Assembly (NCBI GenBank): GCA_000743035.1
Contig: CP008936.1
Location: 960,001-992,000 of the forward strand
Length of the DNA: 32,000 nt
Direction of reading: 5' to 3'
Origin: Candidatus Paracaedimonas acanthamoebae
Lineage (GTDB): Bacteria; Pseudomonadota; Alphaproteobacteria; Caedimonadales; Caedimonadaceae
Both the position numbers and the translations under genes were made by a program. The notes under the pieces were generated by a model. The model was not told the origin of the DNA, did no database searches, and worked only from the letters and a program-made list of their open reading frames with translations. Below are positions 30,133 through 32,000 of the stretch, in pieces (position 1 is the first letter of the stretch; each line of letters opens with the position of its first letter).

Positions 30133-30378
30133 TTAAAGGATTGCTGTTTCTGCATCAGTCTGCTGAAGTTTGAGGCTTTTCTCAATATCCAAAATATCTC
30201 CTGGCTGGCACTCAAGGGCGCTGCAAATGGCTTCTAAGGTTGAGAATCTTATGGCCTTTGCCTTTCCTGTTTTCAAAATTGATAAATTGGTTTCAGAAAT
30301 CCCCACAAGCTCTGCAAGTTTGTTGAGTTTCATTTTACGACGTGCCATTAACTCATCTAAGCGAACAATAATTTTCAA
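30133..30378 (-). CDS. YozG-like Cro/C1 (XRE) helix-turn-helix transcriptional regulator
   Basis: 81 aa. MKIIVRLDELMARRKMKLNKLAELVGISETNLSILKTGKAKAIRFSTLEAICSALECQPGDIL matches the YozG family almost motif for motif. Confidence 0.85.
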   Translation of the reverse strand: MKIIVRLDELMARRKMKLNKLAELVGISETNLSILKTGKAKAIRFSTLEAICSALECQPGDILDIEKSLKLQQTDAETAIL

Positions 30379-30388
30379 TGGCCCCTCC

Positions 30389-30943
30389 CTAAATAACCAT
30401 GCTTTGCTCTTCAGAAATCTGATGAGCTTGCTTGATCAAGAAAATAATTAAATAAAGACACAGTGCTAACAAGATACTGTTAATATTGTCAGTTCCAAAA
30501 GTAATAGAGATCGTTCGATGCCCAACAGGAAGATGCCATGTTGTTATGAAACTCATTGCCATTTTTGATAACGGCTCATAAATAATTGAAAAAAAATAAA
30601 AACGAGCTATCTTTTCATAAAGAGAGATCGATGCTTTTGAAAAAGGCTGTCCTTGGCGAATGAGTTCCAATAATTTATGAAGGGAAATCAAAATAATGAT
30701 AAAGATCCCACTTCCTATTGAATCAACGAACCATCCCGTTACACGTTGACCAAATCCTAAAGTTTTTAAGACATCCAGAGAGAGAGAAGCAGTAAATGAA
30801 GTTCCTAGTCCGGTATTTCCTATTCCGAAAACATCTTGAGACCAATTTAAAACTGGCACTAAACCTGTTAAACAAATATACGCAATTAAAAATTTTTTTA
30901 AAAATTCAATTAATTTTAAGGACTTAGGCTTATTCTCTTCCAC
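30389..30943 (-). CDS. DUF2975-family membrane protein
   Basis: 184 aa with about 4 transmembrane segments. Has the Q-G-x-P-F motif (RQGQPFSKASI) and the family-typical C-terminus ...SEEQSMVI. It lies 10 nt upstream of the YozG-like HTH gene, which is the canonical pairing. GTG start. Confidence 0.75.
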   Translation of the reverse strand: MEENKPKSLKLIEFLKKFLIAYICLTGLVPVLNWSQDVFGIGNTGLGTSFTASLSLDVLKTLGFGQRVTGWFVDSIGSGIFIIILISLHKLLELIRQGQPFSKASISLYEKIARFYFFSIIYEPLSKMAMSFITTWHLPVGHRTISITFGTDNINSILLALCLYLIIFLIKQAHQISEEQSMVI

Positions 30944-31169
30944 TTTGTTCTTCCTTATGTTATTGTATTTACACTTTCATAGCCTAACATGGAAACAATG
31001 AATTACAACTATAAATTTACGAATTTCATAAAAATTATTCTTTTTTTCATTATATCGATAAAACTCTTCTAGATTAAATTTTTGGACAAAGGCTTGAATT
31101 TATAAGCTGATCTGTGCCTAAATACTGAATTAATTGGCATTGTAAATTTATTTTGATTTTATAACTAAC

Positions 31170-32000
31170 ATGAGAGAGAAACTATTACCTTCTGGGCAAT
31201 ACATCGTAGGAACTGTTCAATTTGATTTGTATGATGAAAATAGACCAGAGCTAAAATTTCCTAAAGGCCGACTTATTCCATGTCAATTTTATTTTCCTAT
31301 AAATAAAGGGTATCATAAGACGTATGAGAAAAGCCTAGAACCAAGAGGAAATCGTAGGTTTCCTTTACTTAAAAGCGTCTGTTTCAGCAAGCCATCTCAT
31401 CTTAATGAAAATTTTGCCAGGGCAATATCCCCTTATAATATTAAATCATGGCAATTGCGTAAGTATGACAGATTATACATTTTTGACTGAAGACTTGGCA
31501 TCACATGGTTATATTGTAATTTCGATTGGTCATCAATTAAGCACGGATATAGATCTGCCTAACCACTGGAATCGAAGATCCTACTCCAAACATGGCAGAG
31601 TTATCGATAATATTTTATATGTTTTTCAATGGGTTGAAAAACATATTGAAGATATTTTCCAAAGTAAAATTAATCTTAATAAAATTGCATTAATAGGCCA
31701 TTCTATGGGAGGTAATGCATTATTAATGCTTACAAATAGAATATCGTCGATGTTCCGACCAAACGTAGATACTTTATTACCTCGCCATCAGCCCAATCAT
31801 AAATCCAAAGAATGTATTATATTTATAGATGGAGAATTTCCACCTGTGTACAATACAAATATACCTATTTTTCATCTCTTATCAGAAGAGCGTTCAGAAT
31901 ATCAGGAAGAGATAGGTACAAGAGATTATCTTACTAAAGAAAAATACAATTTTAAATATTATAAAGGATCACGTCATATCAGCTTTATGGATCATGCGCT
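31170..32000 (+). pseudogene. PAF-acetylhydrolase-like alpha/beta hydrolase interrupted by a +1 frameshift near 31407-31420; 3' end beyond the window
   Basis: Frame A (31170-31490) encodes the N-terminal beta-region (GQYIVGTVQFDLYDENRPE...GRLIPCQFYFP). Frame B is open from 31339 to the window end; I translated it by hand and found no stops. Frame B encodes GQYPLIILNHG...LASHGYIVISIGHQ...GHSMGG...GSRHISFMDHA. The switch coincides with an AAAATTTT tract. Confidence 0.6.

Noticed and set aside
30170-30451. 93-aa plus-strand ORF
   Set aside because: It is antisense to the YozG-like HTH gene and to the 3' end of the DUF2975 gene, both of which have strong family signatures.

Overview
AT-rich bacterial chromosomal segment. 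Its gene content and synteny look alphaproteobacterial: an F1-only atpHAGDC operon with no F0 genes beside it, hldD-lgt-midA-pgeF, a UbiK-like/YbjN pair, and a 241-aa PhaB with class I PhaC and a phasin. AT-richness, GTCAT-hairpin-GATC palindromic elements and several orphan secreted proteins suggest a Holosporales/Rickettsiales-like intracellular lineage; that is inference only. About 80% of the window is ordinary housekeeping: lepA, two GNATs, the ATP synthase F1 operon, PHA genes, trxA, a Cache-type histidine kinase, pepP, a rutE-like nitroreductase, tRNA-Glu(CUC) and eno. Two regions are not core-like. (i) At 2.9-5.7 kb an orphan 659-aa polytopic membrane protein is bracketed by two small paralogous signal-peptide ORFs on the opposite strand. 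Both are below the ORF-track cutoff and I translated them by hand. (ii) At 28.9-32.0 kb there is a basic orphan ORF, about 0.9 kb of non-coding DNA with a cluster of palindromic elements and orphan terminator-like hairpins, a DUF2975/YozG-type HTH pair, and a frameshifted PAF-acetylhydrolase-like alpha/beta hydrolase. I saw no CRISPR array, rRNA, transposase, integrase or recognisable defence, toxin or secretion-machinery genes. I cannot demonstrate a complete new system; region (i) is the best candidate for something undescribed and is offered as a hypothesis.
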